A DNA stretch of 64,000 nt. Source: an uncultured Candidatus Actinomarina sp. Lineage in GTDB: Bacteria > Actinomycetota > Acidimicrobiia > Actinomarinales > Actinomarinaceae. The notes under the pieces were generated by a model. It worked only from the letters and a program-made list of their open reading frames with translations, did no database searches and had not been told where the DNA came from. Where the stretch lies: contig CACJPC010000002.1 in the NCBI GenBank assembly GCA_902595195.1, forward strand, positions 42,270-106,269. The letters run 5' to 3'. The position numbers and the translations under genes are program-made. Positions within the stretch are counted from its first letter, which is position 1. Each line of letters opens with the position of its first letter. Positions 29,374 to 38,299 of this stretch are shown in pieces.

Positions 29374-30175
29374 TTTTATCGTATATTTCGTTTGTAGGAA
29401 TGTCAGTAATTAGAGATACTGCTTTTGCTAAATCTCTTTTAGGAACACCATTATCTAATAATATTTTTAGTGCAGAATCTAGTTCAAAATTTACATTTGT
29501 ATTTAATTCACTAGGTGCGATGACGAGCGTTATTTCACCTTTGAGATTATCTGAGCTAAGCTTTTCTTTTACTTCCGCGATATCGCCTCGGTGAATTGTT
29601 TCAAATTTTTTTGTTAATTCCCTACAAACCGTTATTTGTGAATTCAATCCATTTTTTTCAAAATAATCAAGATCTTTTATTACACGTTTTGGAGAGGTAA
29701 AACAGACACTCGGCATTTGAGCATTTAATAACTTTGTTAAAAATTCGCTTTTTTCTTTTCCTGATTTAGGTATAAATCCTAAAAATTGAAAATTTGAAAT
29801 GTCGAATCCAGAAAGAGTCAAAGCTACTAGCACACTTGAGGGACCGGGTATTGATTCAACTCTAAATCCTTCCTTGATTATTATTTCTACTAATTTATTA
29901 CCTGGATCGGAAATTAAAGGCGTACCTGCATCAGAAATAAGAGCTAGGTTTAAATTATTTCCTAAATGACTTTTGATATCTTCAATTTTATTGACTTCAT
30001 TGCCAATAAAATAGGACTCTATTCCTGTTTCGATACCAAAATGATTTAAAAGTTTTTTTGCACGTCTTGTATCCTCACAATAAATTAAATCGACATTGTT
30101 TAATACATCAATGAGTCTTTGTGATACATCGTCTAAATTTCCAATTGGGGTTGGGCAAATGTATAGAGTACCCAC
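29360..30175 (-). CDS. rsmI: 16S rRNA (cytidine1402-2'-O)-methyltransferase (tetrapyrrole-methylase fold)
   Basis: GTLYICPTPIGNLDDVSQR N-terminus. 271 aa. Confidence 0.85.
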   Translation of the reverse strand: MGTLYICPTPIGNLDDVSQRLIDVLNNVDLIYCEDTRRAKKLLNHFGIETGIESYFIGNEVNKIEDIKSHLGNNLNLALISDAGTPLISDPGNKLVEIIIKEGFRVESIPGPSSVLVALTLSGFDISNFQFLGFIPKSGKEKSEFLTKLLNAQMPSVCFTSPKRVIKDLDYFEKNGLNSQITVCRELTKKFETIHRGDIAEVKEKLSSDNLKGEITLVIAPSELNTNVNFELDSALKILLDNGVPKRDLAKAVSLITDIPTNEIYDKIKDS

Positions 30176-30180
30176 TTTGT

Positions 30181-31581
30181 TTATAGATCACCAAGCTGTG
30201 ATGAGATTTCATCAATAATATTTATGTCTTGAGAAAGGACCAATTTTACAAAACCATTTTGCTTTGAAATCCATACGTTAGTTGAGCCTTTATAAATAAC
30301 TCCGTTGTACTGTTCAACTACTTCTGTAAATCTTTTTTGGGTATCTCCCCACAAAATATATGCATCATATATTTCATCAAGATCTGCAGAAGTGTCGCCA
30401 CTTATTTTTACAGTCATTACTAAATTGCCAGATGAATCAACGTAGTCTTTCCATGAACCTCCCCCGATTCCAACTGCAGCAGTAATTGCAGGGATAGGTC
30501 CAATGGTATCTTGCAAGAGATAAACTAGGTCCAAAGATCCAATTGTACCTTCATCTATTAACTCAAAATTATTAATTTCAACATCAGCAATTTCGATGAC
30601 ATCATATCTTTCGTTAGCAAAATACTTTTCAGAGGAATATATCTGCTCTGAAGTTGGGAGATTTGTTAAGCCAGTTCTTTTATACTCACCTAGCGCGTCA
30701 TTTAAAGCTGCCATTTTTCCTTTATTGATAATTTCTCTTGAAAGTATTGGACCATAGGTGTAATACAAGTCTGAAGGTATATAAAAATAATTTGGAAGCT
30801 GAACCCTGCAGGAAATATTTGGAATCTGTGCTTGCATAGTTTGACGGTCATATGCATCTAAACTATCAACCCATTTTGCTTCGACCCACTCAGCTTGAGC
30901 CTCCATTAGCGCTCTAATTCCTGGGTAGTTAGAGAAATCATCTAAATCATCCATTTCTTGATACCATTCAGATACCTCAAAATGCATACCCTGTAAAGAA
31001 TGGACAAGTTCATGAACTACTACTCTCTGTTCATAAAAATTAAGCTTTTTTTGACCTGATTTTATAGGAACTCTTAGTGTTTTATCTAATAAGTTGTATG
31101 AACCAGCAGAAAAACAGCGTTGGAATTCTACTTGTAAATTTAAAAGTTGGTCAGCTGTGAAATCATTTAAACCCCACATATTCTCTGAAAGTACAGCTCT
31201 TTCCCACTCACCCTCTTCATAATCTTCTTCAAAATCATCGAGAAAAGAAAGAGCATTGTATTCTTGATAATCATTTAGAGTGTAAAAATCATAGAGAGGT
31301 TCTTCGATAAACTCTAAACCTATTCTTCTCTCGATAAATTTCATTAATTCAGCTAATTGCTCTTTGATTTCTGTTGGTGGCTCTTGAATCTCTAACCCAA
31401 ACTCATCAAGTGCAAACGGAGGCTCTTCATAAACAGTTGTTGTTGTAGAGGTAGATGTAGTTGTGGTACTTTCAGTAGTTGTAGTTTCTTCTGCTTGGGT
31501 TTCAGAAACAGATTCTTCAGTAGTTCCAGATGAGCAGGATATTAAAACTAAACACAATAAAGTAAGTAAAAATTTTCTCAT
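30181..31581 (-). CDS. Lipoprotein with an HExxH zinc-metallopeptidase-like domain
   Basis: Lipobox LVLISCSS. Acidic Thr-rich linker. VVVHELVHSLQGMHF (HExxH) with downstream Glu residues. 466 aa. Confidence 0.6.
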   Translation of the reverse strand: MRKFLLTLLCLVLISCSSGTTEESVSETQAEETTTTESTTTTSTSTTTTVYEEPPFALDEFGLEIQEPPTEIKEQLAELMKFIERRIGLEFIEEPLYDFYTLNDYQEYNALSFLDDFEEDYEEGEWERAVLSENMWGLNDFTADQLLNLQVEFQRCFSAGSYNLLDKTLRVPIKSGQKKLNFYEQRVVVHELVHSLQGMHFEVSEWYQEMDDLDDFSNYPGIRALMEAQAEWVEAKWVDSLDAYDRQTMQAQIPNISCRVQLPNYFYIPSDLYYTYGPILSREIINKGKMAALNDALGEYKRTGLTNLPTSEQIYSSEKYFANERYDVIEIADVEINNFELIDEGTIGSLDLVYLLQDTIGPIPAITAAVGIGGGSWKDYVDSSGNLVMTVKISGDTSADLDEIYDAYILWGDTQKRFTEVVEQYNGVIYKGSTNVWISKQNGFVKLVLSQDINIIDEISSQLGDL

Positions 31582-31633
31582 AGGTTATTAGATTACATGT
31601 ATTCTATTATTTATAAAAACAATTGGAGGAATT

Positions 31634-32035
31634 TTGATTAAAGAATTTAGAGATTTTATCAATAGAGGGAATGTTGTTGAACTTGGAGTAGCGTTCGTTA
31701 TGGGTGCTTCTTTTAAGTCATTGGTTGATGTTTTTACCAAGAGATTAGTTGAGCCATTGATTGGTTTAATAATAAATCTTCCTAATTTAGATAAGCTAGG
31801 AATGTTTGGAGATATAGATCCTGCATCTGGTACGTCTGCAGGCTCTTTTGGAGCTTTTTTAGGGGAAGTCATTAACTATACAATTATTGCCTTTGTAATG
31901 TTTTTAGTAATAAAAGCTTACAACCATTTTGAAGACATTGTTTCTGATGAAGAAACTGAAGCAGTAGCTGCAGAATCAAAAGAGGTATTATTGCTAAAAG
32001 AAATTAGAGATGGAATAAATAAGATTAGTAAATAA
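31634..32035 (+). CDS. mscL: Large-conductance mechanosensitive channel
   Basis: MIKEFRDFINRGNVVELGVAFVMGASF matches the MscL TM1 signature. 133 aa. Confidence 0.85.
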   Translation: MIKEFRDFINRGNVVELGVAFVMGASFKSLVDVFTKRLVEPLIGLIINLPNLDKLGMFGDIDPASGTSAGSFGAFLGEVINYTIIAFVMFLVIKAYNHFEDIVSDEETEAVAAESKEVLLLKEIRDGINKISK

Positions 32036-32046
32036 TAAAAAACTTT

Positions 32047-33810
32047 ATGAAAGAAAATAATTTAAAAGATTTATTTAACTACGCACTTGAGCAAGACACT
32101 AAGGTTCGTAGAGGAATAGTTTATTCAATACTAAATAAAATATTTGACCTAGCTCCTCCTATTTTGATTGGTATTGCAATAGATATAGTGGTGGAAGGAT
32201 CTGATTCCTTTATAGGTAATCTTGGATACAGCGACAGAAGACAGCAATTAATTATACTCGCCGTCTTAACGTTTATAATATGGGGACTCGAATCAGCATT
32301 CGATTATATTGCGGCTGTAACTTGGAGAAACATCTCCCAAGATATTGAACATTCTTTACGAACAGATGCCTTTAACAATGTCCTCGGTCTTGATTTGGCG
32401 TTTTTTGAAAATAAATCTTCTGGAAGGTTGATGGCAATCCTTAATGATGATGTAAATCAACTAGAGACTTTCTTAGATAACGGTGCAAACAGGCTAGTTC
32501 AAACTGCTACAACCGTTCTTGTTATTGGTGGAACATTCTTATATATTTCACCACTGGTTGCTGTGTTTGCCTTCATACCCATTCCAATTATTATTTTTGG
32601 CTCACTTAGATTCACTAACAGAATTGCAGAAAGGTATACAAAGATTCGAAATGATATAGAAAATTTAAATGCCAATCTTTCGAACTCTATTACAGGAATA
32701 CTCACAGTAAAAAGTTTTAACAGAGAAAAAAAAGAAAGCGAAAGAATAACTCTTTCATCAAATGAGGTTAAAAGTGCAAATTATCATGCAATAAGACTAT
32801 CTGCAGCATTTATTCCCATAATTCGAATTGCAATACTATTTGGATTTACAGCGACACTTTTAATTGGTGGTTTCTTAGCCCTAGACGGAGAAATTAAAGT
32901 AGCAACCTATTCAGTCATGCTATTTATAACACAGAGATTATTGTGGCCATTAACTGAACTCGGAGTGATTTTTGATTCATATCAAAAAGCAATGGCGTCA
33001 TTTAGACGAATAATAAATTTAAAAAATACTACACCCACAATCGATAATGGAAACGAAAAGCTCACAAGTTTTAATAAGAAAATTGAGATATCAAATTTAA
33101 ATTTTGAATACGTAAAAAATTTTCCAGTTTTAAATGATATTTCTATAGACATTAATAAAGGTCAAACTACAGCGATTGTTGGAAGTACAGGTTCTGGTAA
33201 ATCTACTCTAATAAAACTTATTTTGAGATTATATGATTCAACTTCTGGAGAAATTAAATTTGATGGTAAGAATATAAGAGATTTAGAACTAGACAGTTTG
33301 AGAAATAAAATCGGATTGGTAAGCCAAGATATATTCTTATTTGAAGGTACAGTTTTTGAAAATATTGCTTACGGAAATCTAGATGCAAAAGATGAAGAAG
33401 TTTGGGAAGCAGCAAAACTTTCAGAGTCTGACAAATTTATAAATCTATTGCCTAATAAGGAAAATACAATCGTTGGAGAAAGAGGGCAAAAGCTATCAGG
33501 TGGGCAAAGGCAAAGAATCTCAATAGCAAGAGCAATACTAAAAAATCCAGAAATATTAATTTTAGATGAAGCAACTTCAGCCGTTGACAATGAAACTGAA
33601 GCTGCAATACAGAGGTCTATTAATACCTTAAAAGAAGGAAGAACTGTTATTGCAATAGCGCATCGTTTATCCACTATAAGAAATGCTGAAATTATTTACG
33701 TTTTAGAAGAAGGTAAAGTTGTTGAATCTGGAAATCACGAAAGCCTTTTAGAAATTAATGGGGTTTACTCAAAGCTATGGTCAGTTCAAACAGGAGAAAA
33801 AATTAGTTAA
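32047..33810 (+). CDS. ABC exporter, fused permease-ATPase (MsbA/MdlB-like)
   Basis: 6-TM N-terminal domain. Walker A GSTGSGKST, signature LSGGQRQRISIARA, Walker B ILILDEATS. Confidence 0.85.
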   Translation: MKENNLKDLFNYALEQDTKVRRGIVYSILNKIFDLAPPILIGIAIDIVVEGSDSFIGNLGYSDRRQQLIILAVLTFIIWGLESAFDYIAAVTWRNISQDIEHSLRTDAFNNVLGLDLAFFENKSSGRLMAILNDDVNQLETFLDNGANRLVQTATTVLVIGGTFLYISPLVAVFAFIPIPIIIFGSLRFTNRIAERYTKIRNDIENLNANLSNSITGILTVKSFNREKKESERITLSSNEVKSANYHAIRLSAAFIPIIRIAILFGFTATLLIGGFLALDGEIKVATYSVMLFITQRLLWPLTELGVIFDSYQKAMASFRRIINLKNTTPTIDNGNEKLTSFNKKIEISNLNFEYVKNFPVLNDISIDINKGQTTAIVGSTGSGKSTLIKLILRLYDSTSGEIKFDGKNIRDLELDSLRNKIGLVSQDIFLFEGTVFENIAYGNLDAKDEEVWEAAKLSESDKFINLLPNKENTIVGERGQKLSGGQRQRISIARAILKNPEILILDEATSAVDNETEAAIQRSINTLKEGRTVIAIAHRLSTIRNAEIIYVLEEGKVVESGNHESLLEINGVYSKLWSVQTGEKIS

Positions 33811-34981
33811 TCTTTTCTGCAATATACTCACCAATAGCTAGAGAAGCTGTTGCTGCAGGGCTTGGTGCATTTAGAACATGAAGAGAATTATCACCCTCCT
33901 CAAAAACAAAATCGTCAATCAAGTCTCCGTTAGAACTTACAGCTTGTGCCCTCACTCCAGCTACTCGGGGTTCTAAATCTTTTAACTCAACATTAGGAAT
34001 ATAATTTAATATTTCCTTTAGAAATACTCTCTTATTTAAAGATCTATACATCTCAGAAATTCCTGTACCAAAGTATTTCTTGCCTAGCTTCCACATACCT
34101 TTGTATGAAATTGTTTTACTTAATTCAAAAACATTAATGTTGCTCCATTTATAGCCCTCTTTAGCAAATGCTAAAACTGCATTTGGACCAGCTTCAATTT
34201 GACCATCAACTGTTTTGGTAAGATGAATTCCCAAAAATGGTAAGTTTGGATCGCTTATTGGATAAATCATATTATTTACTAAATGAGATTTCTCTTGATT
34301 CAATACAAAATATTCACCCCTAAAAGGAATTATTCTTAAATTGGGCTTAATATTGTCCATTAAAGCAACCGTGTCAGAAAATAAGCCTGCACAGTTTATC
34401 AGATATTCTGAAGTGAATGTTTCCTTATCACTAGTAAGAATTTTTAAATCATTTTTTGAATCTATCGATTTTATTTTTTGAAAATATTTTACAGTTCCCC
34501 CTAAAGTCTCAAATTTCTTCGCAATTTTCTCTGTTACTACCTTATAGTCAACTACTCCAGCCTGAGGAACATATAATGCTGATTCAAATTTACAATTTGG
34601 TTCTAAATCTAGTATCTCATTTCTTTCCAAAGGCCTTACACCATCCATGTTGAGTTCTTTAGCTCTATTGTTTAAATGAGTAATTTTTTCTATATCATGA
34701 TCGACTACAATTTTTCCTTCAATTCTGAATGGGATGCTTTCCGAATTCATAAAATCAATTAATAGTTCTCTTCCTCTAATACAAAGATTTGATTTGAAAG
34801 ATTGAGGTTTGTAATAAATTCCAGAATGAATAACTCCTGAGTTTCTACCAGACTGGTGAGTCCCTGGAGATTTTTCTTTATCTAATACAAGAACATTTTT
34901 GCCTTGTTCTTGTAATTTTAGAGCCGTTGAGAGACCAACAATACCAGCCCCTACAATTGCAACATCATATATTTTATTCAT
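33803..34981 (-). CDS. lhgO: FAD-dependent oxidoreductase, L-2-hydroxyglutarate oxidase/dehydrogenase-like
   Basis: Dinucleotide-binding YDVAIVGAGIVGLSTA. ~390-aa DAO-family pattern. The ATG at 34979-34981 abuts the tmRNA 3' end. Confidence 0.7.
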   Translation of the reverse strand: MNKIYDVAIVGAGIVGLSTALKLQEQGKNVLVLDKEKSPGTHQSGRNSGVIHSGIYYKPQSFKSNLCIRGRELLIDFMNSESIPFRIEGKIVVDHDIEKITHLNNRAKELNMDGVRPLERNEILDLEPNCKFESALYVPQAGVVDYKVVTEKIAKKFETLGGTVKYFQKIKSIDSKNDLKILTSDKETFTSEYLINCAGLFSDTVALMDNIKPNLRIIPFRGEYFVLNQEKSHLVNNMIYPISDPNLPFLGIHLTKTVDGQIEAGPNAVLAFAKEGYKWSNINVFELSKTISYKGMWKLGKKYFGTGISEMYRSLNKRVFLKEILNYIPNVELKDLEPRVAGVRAQAVSSNGDLIDDFVFEEGDNSLHVLNAPSPAATASLAIGEYIAEKIN

Positions 34982-35319
34982 TGGTGGAGGTGCGGGGAGT
35001 CGAACCCCGGTCCTTCCAAGCTATCAAACAGCTTCTCCGAGTGCATCCGATGGTTTACTGTTAGGCAAGTCATCGGAACCTATAACCTAACAGGTTTACC
35101 TAAATCTTAGGAGTCAGTCGGTAACCCAACTCAGCATCCCACATTTCGACGCCATTGCTATCCGAGGTGGGAGCCCCGATAGGTGACGAGCAGCGGTTAG
35201 GCTGCTAAAGCCAACTTAGGTTTGGCAGTTATATTGTTTTCCTACGTTTTTTACGAGGCCCTAGGACCCTCGACTCGCTACTGAGAGACTCGCTTCAAAG
35301 TCGAAGCCAGTTCACCCCC
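34982..35319 (-). ncRNA. ssrA: tmRNA (ssrA), ~338 nt; predicted tag ends ...AKPKLALAA, stop UAA
   Basis: Reverse complement begins GGGGGTGAACTGGCTTCGACTTTGAAGCG and ends CCGGGGTTCGACTCCCCGCACCTCCACCA. tRNA-Ala-like acceptor with the G3.U70 wobble, T-arm GGTTCGACTCC, encoded CCA. Internal ORF ...GCCAAACCTAAGTTGGCTTTAGCAGCCTAA. Confidence 0.9.
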
Positions 35320-35371
35320 ATACAGTTGTATTAGTTCTAAAATTATACTTGAGAATGAGATTATTTAAAAT

Positions 35372-36016
35372 ATGAAAATTAATAACAATAGCTTTGAACT
35401 AAATGAAAAATTACAAGTAGTAATTGATTCAAATGATAATGATGGGTTAATATTTATACCAAAAAATATTCAAATTGATGTAGATATAGAAAACTATTTT
35501 GGAAAAATTGTAATTAGTAAGTTAGTTATTCATCCTTCTGAGAGTGAATTCCAAATCGGTAAATTAACGATTGAAAATAACATTCCAAATATGGATATTA
35601 AGTTACTTGATCGATATATTTATAAAGTTTTATCTGACAAGTCCGGATTAGCCTACTCTCCTTATAAATATTTCCCTGATTACGATTTTACAGTTTTTGA
35701 AAAAGGCAGAAGACCCTCACCGCTAGATTGGGCTATGTTTGCTTCTCTATATGTATTTAGTTGTAATGTCTTACCGCAATCAGTAAAAGTAGAGCTATCA
35801 CTTGCAAAGCATCTAAGAATATCCGAGGAAAACTTTAAAAGATTTATGAAAAAAATTCCCGAAGATTTATTTAGAAAATCAGGACACACCGAATCTAGAG
35901 GTGGGGATATCTCATTAAATGCAGAAAATTTAATTAAAGAATTTCTAGGAGTAGATCAGGAATCTTTTGAAAACAATCCTTTTTTAAAGTTTTACTCTGA
36001 AGCTGATTTTGCCTGA
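35372..36016 (+). CDS. Hypothetical cytoplasmic protein (214 aa), no recognisable family
   Basis: Long ORF with coding-like composition. Overlaps the convergent 35992..36435 gene by 25 nt. Confidence 0.5.
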   Translation: MKINNNSFELNEKLQVVIDSNDNDGLIFIPKNIQIDVDIENYFGKIVISKLVIHPSESEFQIGKLTIENNIPNMDIKLLDRYIYKVLSDKSGLAYSPYKYFPDYDFTVFEKGRRPSPLDWAMFASLYVFSCNVLPQSVKVELSLAKHLRISEENFKRFMKKIPEDLFRKSGHTESRGGDISLNAENLIKEFLGVDQESFENNPFLKFYSEADFA

Positions 36017-36435
36017 GGTCTGCTCACCATAGATAAAATTTTACTTACTTCAACTTCCCATATTTCTCTGGATTTAATACCTGCTTGTTCCCAGGTAATA
36101 TCCTTTGTCCGCTTATAAGGCTTGCCTAGGTATCGATTTGATAAATAGTCTATGTGATCATTGGCAGTAGAGTCTTGAACTATTGTTTCTACACTACCTC
36201 TTATTTCCCAACTTGAATACATGTCAGATGGATGAAAAATGACAATTGACAAATTTGGTTCCTGCCTGATATTTTCTGTTTTTTTTCTTCCTTGTTCTGT
36301 ATTAATAAGAATTTTATTTTCTTTGTAATCAACCCACATTAGATGATTCTGAATCTCATTTTCATTAATTTTTGTAGCTATTGAACAGAATGCATTATTA
36401 TCAATTGCTTGTTTAAGTTCATTTGGAAGTTGCAT
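35992..36435 (-). CDS. PNPOx-like FMN-binding split-barrel protein (pyridoxamine 5'-phosphate oxidase family; possibly F420-dependent)
   Basis: 147 aa. The pattern SIATK...HLMWVDYKENKILINTEQGRKKTENIRQEPNLSIVIF is typical of the PNPOx/Rv1155-like split-barrel fold. F420 biosynthesis genes are present in the window. Confidence 0.55.
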   Translation of the reverse strand: MQLPNELKQAIDNNAFCSIATKINENEIQNHLMWVDYKENKILINTEQGRKKTENIRQEPNLSIVIFHPSDMYSSWEIRGSVETIVQDSTANDHIDYLSNRYLGKPYKRTKDITWEQAGIKSREIWEVEVSKILSMVSRPQAKSASE

Positions 36436-36465
36436 ACACCCTTATTTTAAGTAAAAATTATTAAT

Positions 36466-37026
36466 ATGGCATTTATTAAATTGTTCAAATTTCAGGACTC
36501 TACTGGTCTTCTTAAAAAAGAGTATGAGAAAGGCATGAGAAGAGCTGGAAGAATTTGGAACATACTGACAATTCAATCCCAAACCCCTGAAATTTTAAGA
36601 GATTCAATGCGTTTATATAATTCAACAATGTTTGGAAGTTTAGAAATATCTCGTTTTGATAGAGAATTACTTGCAGTAATCACTTCAATTTCCAATGAAT
36701 GTGAATATTGAATACGAGCACACTTATATGATCTCCGGTCGGAGACAAAAGACCAAAAATTAGTTGATGAGATTGCTAAAGACTGGAAAAAAAGCAGCTT
36801 AACAAAAGAACAAATCGCTTTGTGTAATTTTGCGGAAAAATTGACTTTGAAACCGGGTGAAATAACACAATTAGATTACAAAGAATTACAAAAAAATAAT
36901 TTTGATGACAAAGCAATATCAGAAATAGTTCAAGTAATTTCCTACTTTAACTACATCAATAGAGTTGCCGATGGACTTGGTTTAGAGCCTGAGGAATTTA
37001 TTGACGAAAAAGGTTATAAAAAATAA
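36466..37026 (+). CDS. Candidate AhpD/carboxymuconolactone-decarboxylase-family selenoprotein with an in-frame TGA at 36709..36711. The track splits it into 36466..36711 and 36820..37026, which are in the same frame.
   Basis: DNA tccaatgaatgtgaatatTGAatacgagcacac reads S-N-E-C-E-Y-(TGA)-I-R-A-H. This matches the CMD/AhpD core motif SxxNxCxYCxxxH with TGA at the second Cys. The downstream frame stays open for 105 more codons with family-like sequence (ALCNFAEKLTLKPGEIT...). Confidence 0.55.
36730..36746 (+). promoter_or_regulatory. Candidate bacterial SECIS-like hairpin 21 nt downstream of the in-frame UGA
   Basis: gaTCTCCggtcGGAGAc is a 5-bp G/C-containing stem with a GGUC apical loop (G and U in the loop), sitting in an otherwise AT-rich coding sequence. 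Confidence 0.35.
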
Positions 37027-37066
37027 AGTACCTTGTAAGAATTTAAAGTACTTATAACATATATAT

Positions 37067-38212
37067 ATGCAACAAAACACTAAAGGCTTACTCCTTTTTG
37101 TATTTTTAATTTCCGTAAGTGTATTTGGTATAAACCTTTTTAACAATAATGATTCTGAAGAGAGTGTAGAGGTAACTCAAACAACATTATTTGAAGCTAC
37201 CACAACAACATCTCCTGTAGTTAAAATCGAAAAATATGCTTATCCAAGTTTTGATTTTGAAAAAGAAACAACATCTTCGTTGGAGTCTATAAGTGACTTA
37301 TGTTACATAACAGGAAATTGGTTCAGCTTAACAAGAGAGTGTCTTTTAGAATGGGAAAATTCATTAAAAATTATCGATAGTAAAAGAGATGCTTACCTTG
37401 AACATTATGAATACACTTTGAATTATTTTAAAAATAATTATGCCAATATAGATGAAGATACATTTTTGTATATTGTTTCAACTTTAACAATTAATGAGAA
37501 AGTAAATTTCTTTACCTCACAATTAAAAGAAGTTGAGGAAGTAATAAGAATCAAAGAAAATCAAGATGAAAATATTACATCTATATTTTTATCTGACGAA
37601 TCTGTTACAAAATCTAAAGAATTGGAAACAGAAGATCTGAAAAATGGTTGTTATCTAGAGAATTTAGAAGATCCCATAGAGAGTCCTGAACTTATTGAAG
37701 TTGAAACTATAAATACAAGAGATGACAAAAAGTTTAATTTTGGAATAAAGGTTGAATCTTCTTTAAATATCGACCCTGAGTGCATAAAAAAGTTATTAGA
37801 TTTGATATTGAATCATGAAAAAGGCTGGATAAACGTAACTGATAAAGGCTTCCATCACACAAATGTTGAAGATAGTGATTTTGTATATATATTTGCTTCT
37901 CCTGAAACTACTGACGAACTTTGTTACCCCTTGCAAACAAATGGGATATATTCATGTAGAAATGAAAGAGAAATAGTTATCAATGACTTTAGGTGGAAAA
38001 ATGGTGCTAGGGATTTTTTAAGAGATTTAGAAACTTACAGATTGTATCTTATCAATCATGAAACTGGCCATATTTTAGGCTGGGGGCACACAAGTTGTCC
38101 TAAAGAAGGTGCTATTGCACCAGTAATGATGCAACAAAGTAAAGGTACTGATGGATGTGTTCCATATGGTTGGCCAATTTACGAAATTATAAAAGCCAAT
38201 TTTGATGATTAG
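37067..38212 (+). CDS. Secreted metzincin-like zinc metalloprotease (DUF3152-like, HExxHxxGxxH)
   Basis: N-terminal signal/TM (GLLLFVFLISVSVFGINLF). C-terminal INHETGHILGWGHTSCP is the HExxHxxGxxH metzincin motif. Confidence 0.6.
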   Translation: MQQNTKGLLLFVFLISVSVFGINLFNNNDSEESVEVTQTTLFEATTTTSPVVKIEKYAYPSFDFEKETTSSLESISDLCYITGNWFSLTRECLLEWENSLKIIDSKRDAYLEHYEYTLNYFKNNYANIDEDTFLYIVSTLTINEKVNFFTSQLKEVEEVIRIKENQDENITSIFLSDESVTKSKELETEDLKNGCYLENLEDPIESPELIEVETINTRDDKKFNFGIKVESSLNIDPECIKKLLDLILNHEKGWINVTDKGFHHTNVEDSDFVYIFASPETTDELCYPLQTNGIYSCRNEREIVINDFRWKNGARDFLRDLETYRLYLINHETGHILGWGHTSCPKEGAIAPVMMQQSKGTDGCVPYGWPIYEIIKANFDD

Positions 38213-38263
38213 TTAATTTTATTGGTGCCAGCCTAAATAACTAAATTGTTATTTTATTATCGT

Positions 38264-38294
38264 GTTGTTTTGTTTTTATTACAACAGTTTTTTT
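38264..38294. terminator. Weak candidate bidirectional intrinsic terminator between convergent genes
   Basis: tgttgt(38264-69) ... acaaca(38281-86) hairpin followed by ttttttt (38288-94). The stem is AU-rich, so the call is weak. Confidence 0.25.
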
Positions 38295-38299
38295 AAAAT

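Noticed and set aside
34899-35090. 63-aa plus-strand ORF
   Set aside because: It spans the lhgO start and the 3' third of the tmRNA gene, so it is an artifact. Likewise 35680..35889 is antisense inside the 214-aa ORF.
34982-35319. Genomic island integrated at the tmRNA 3' end
   Set aside because: No integrase, direct repeat of the tmRNA 3' end, or compositionally distinct DNA appears on either side. The core gene lhgO abuts the CCA end directly.
36709-36711. TGA as a reassigned sense codon (genetic code 4 or 25) rather than Sec
   Set aside because: All other long ORFs in the window, including the 11.3 kb gene, are intact under the standard code. Many genes visibly terminate at TAA/TGA as expected. 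Global reassignment is therefore unlikely. Pseudogene or sequencing error remain open alternatives.
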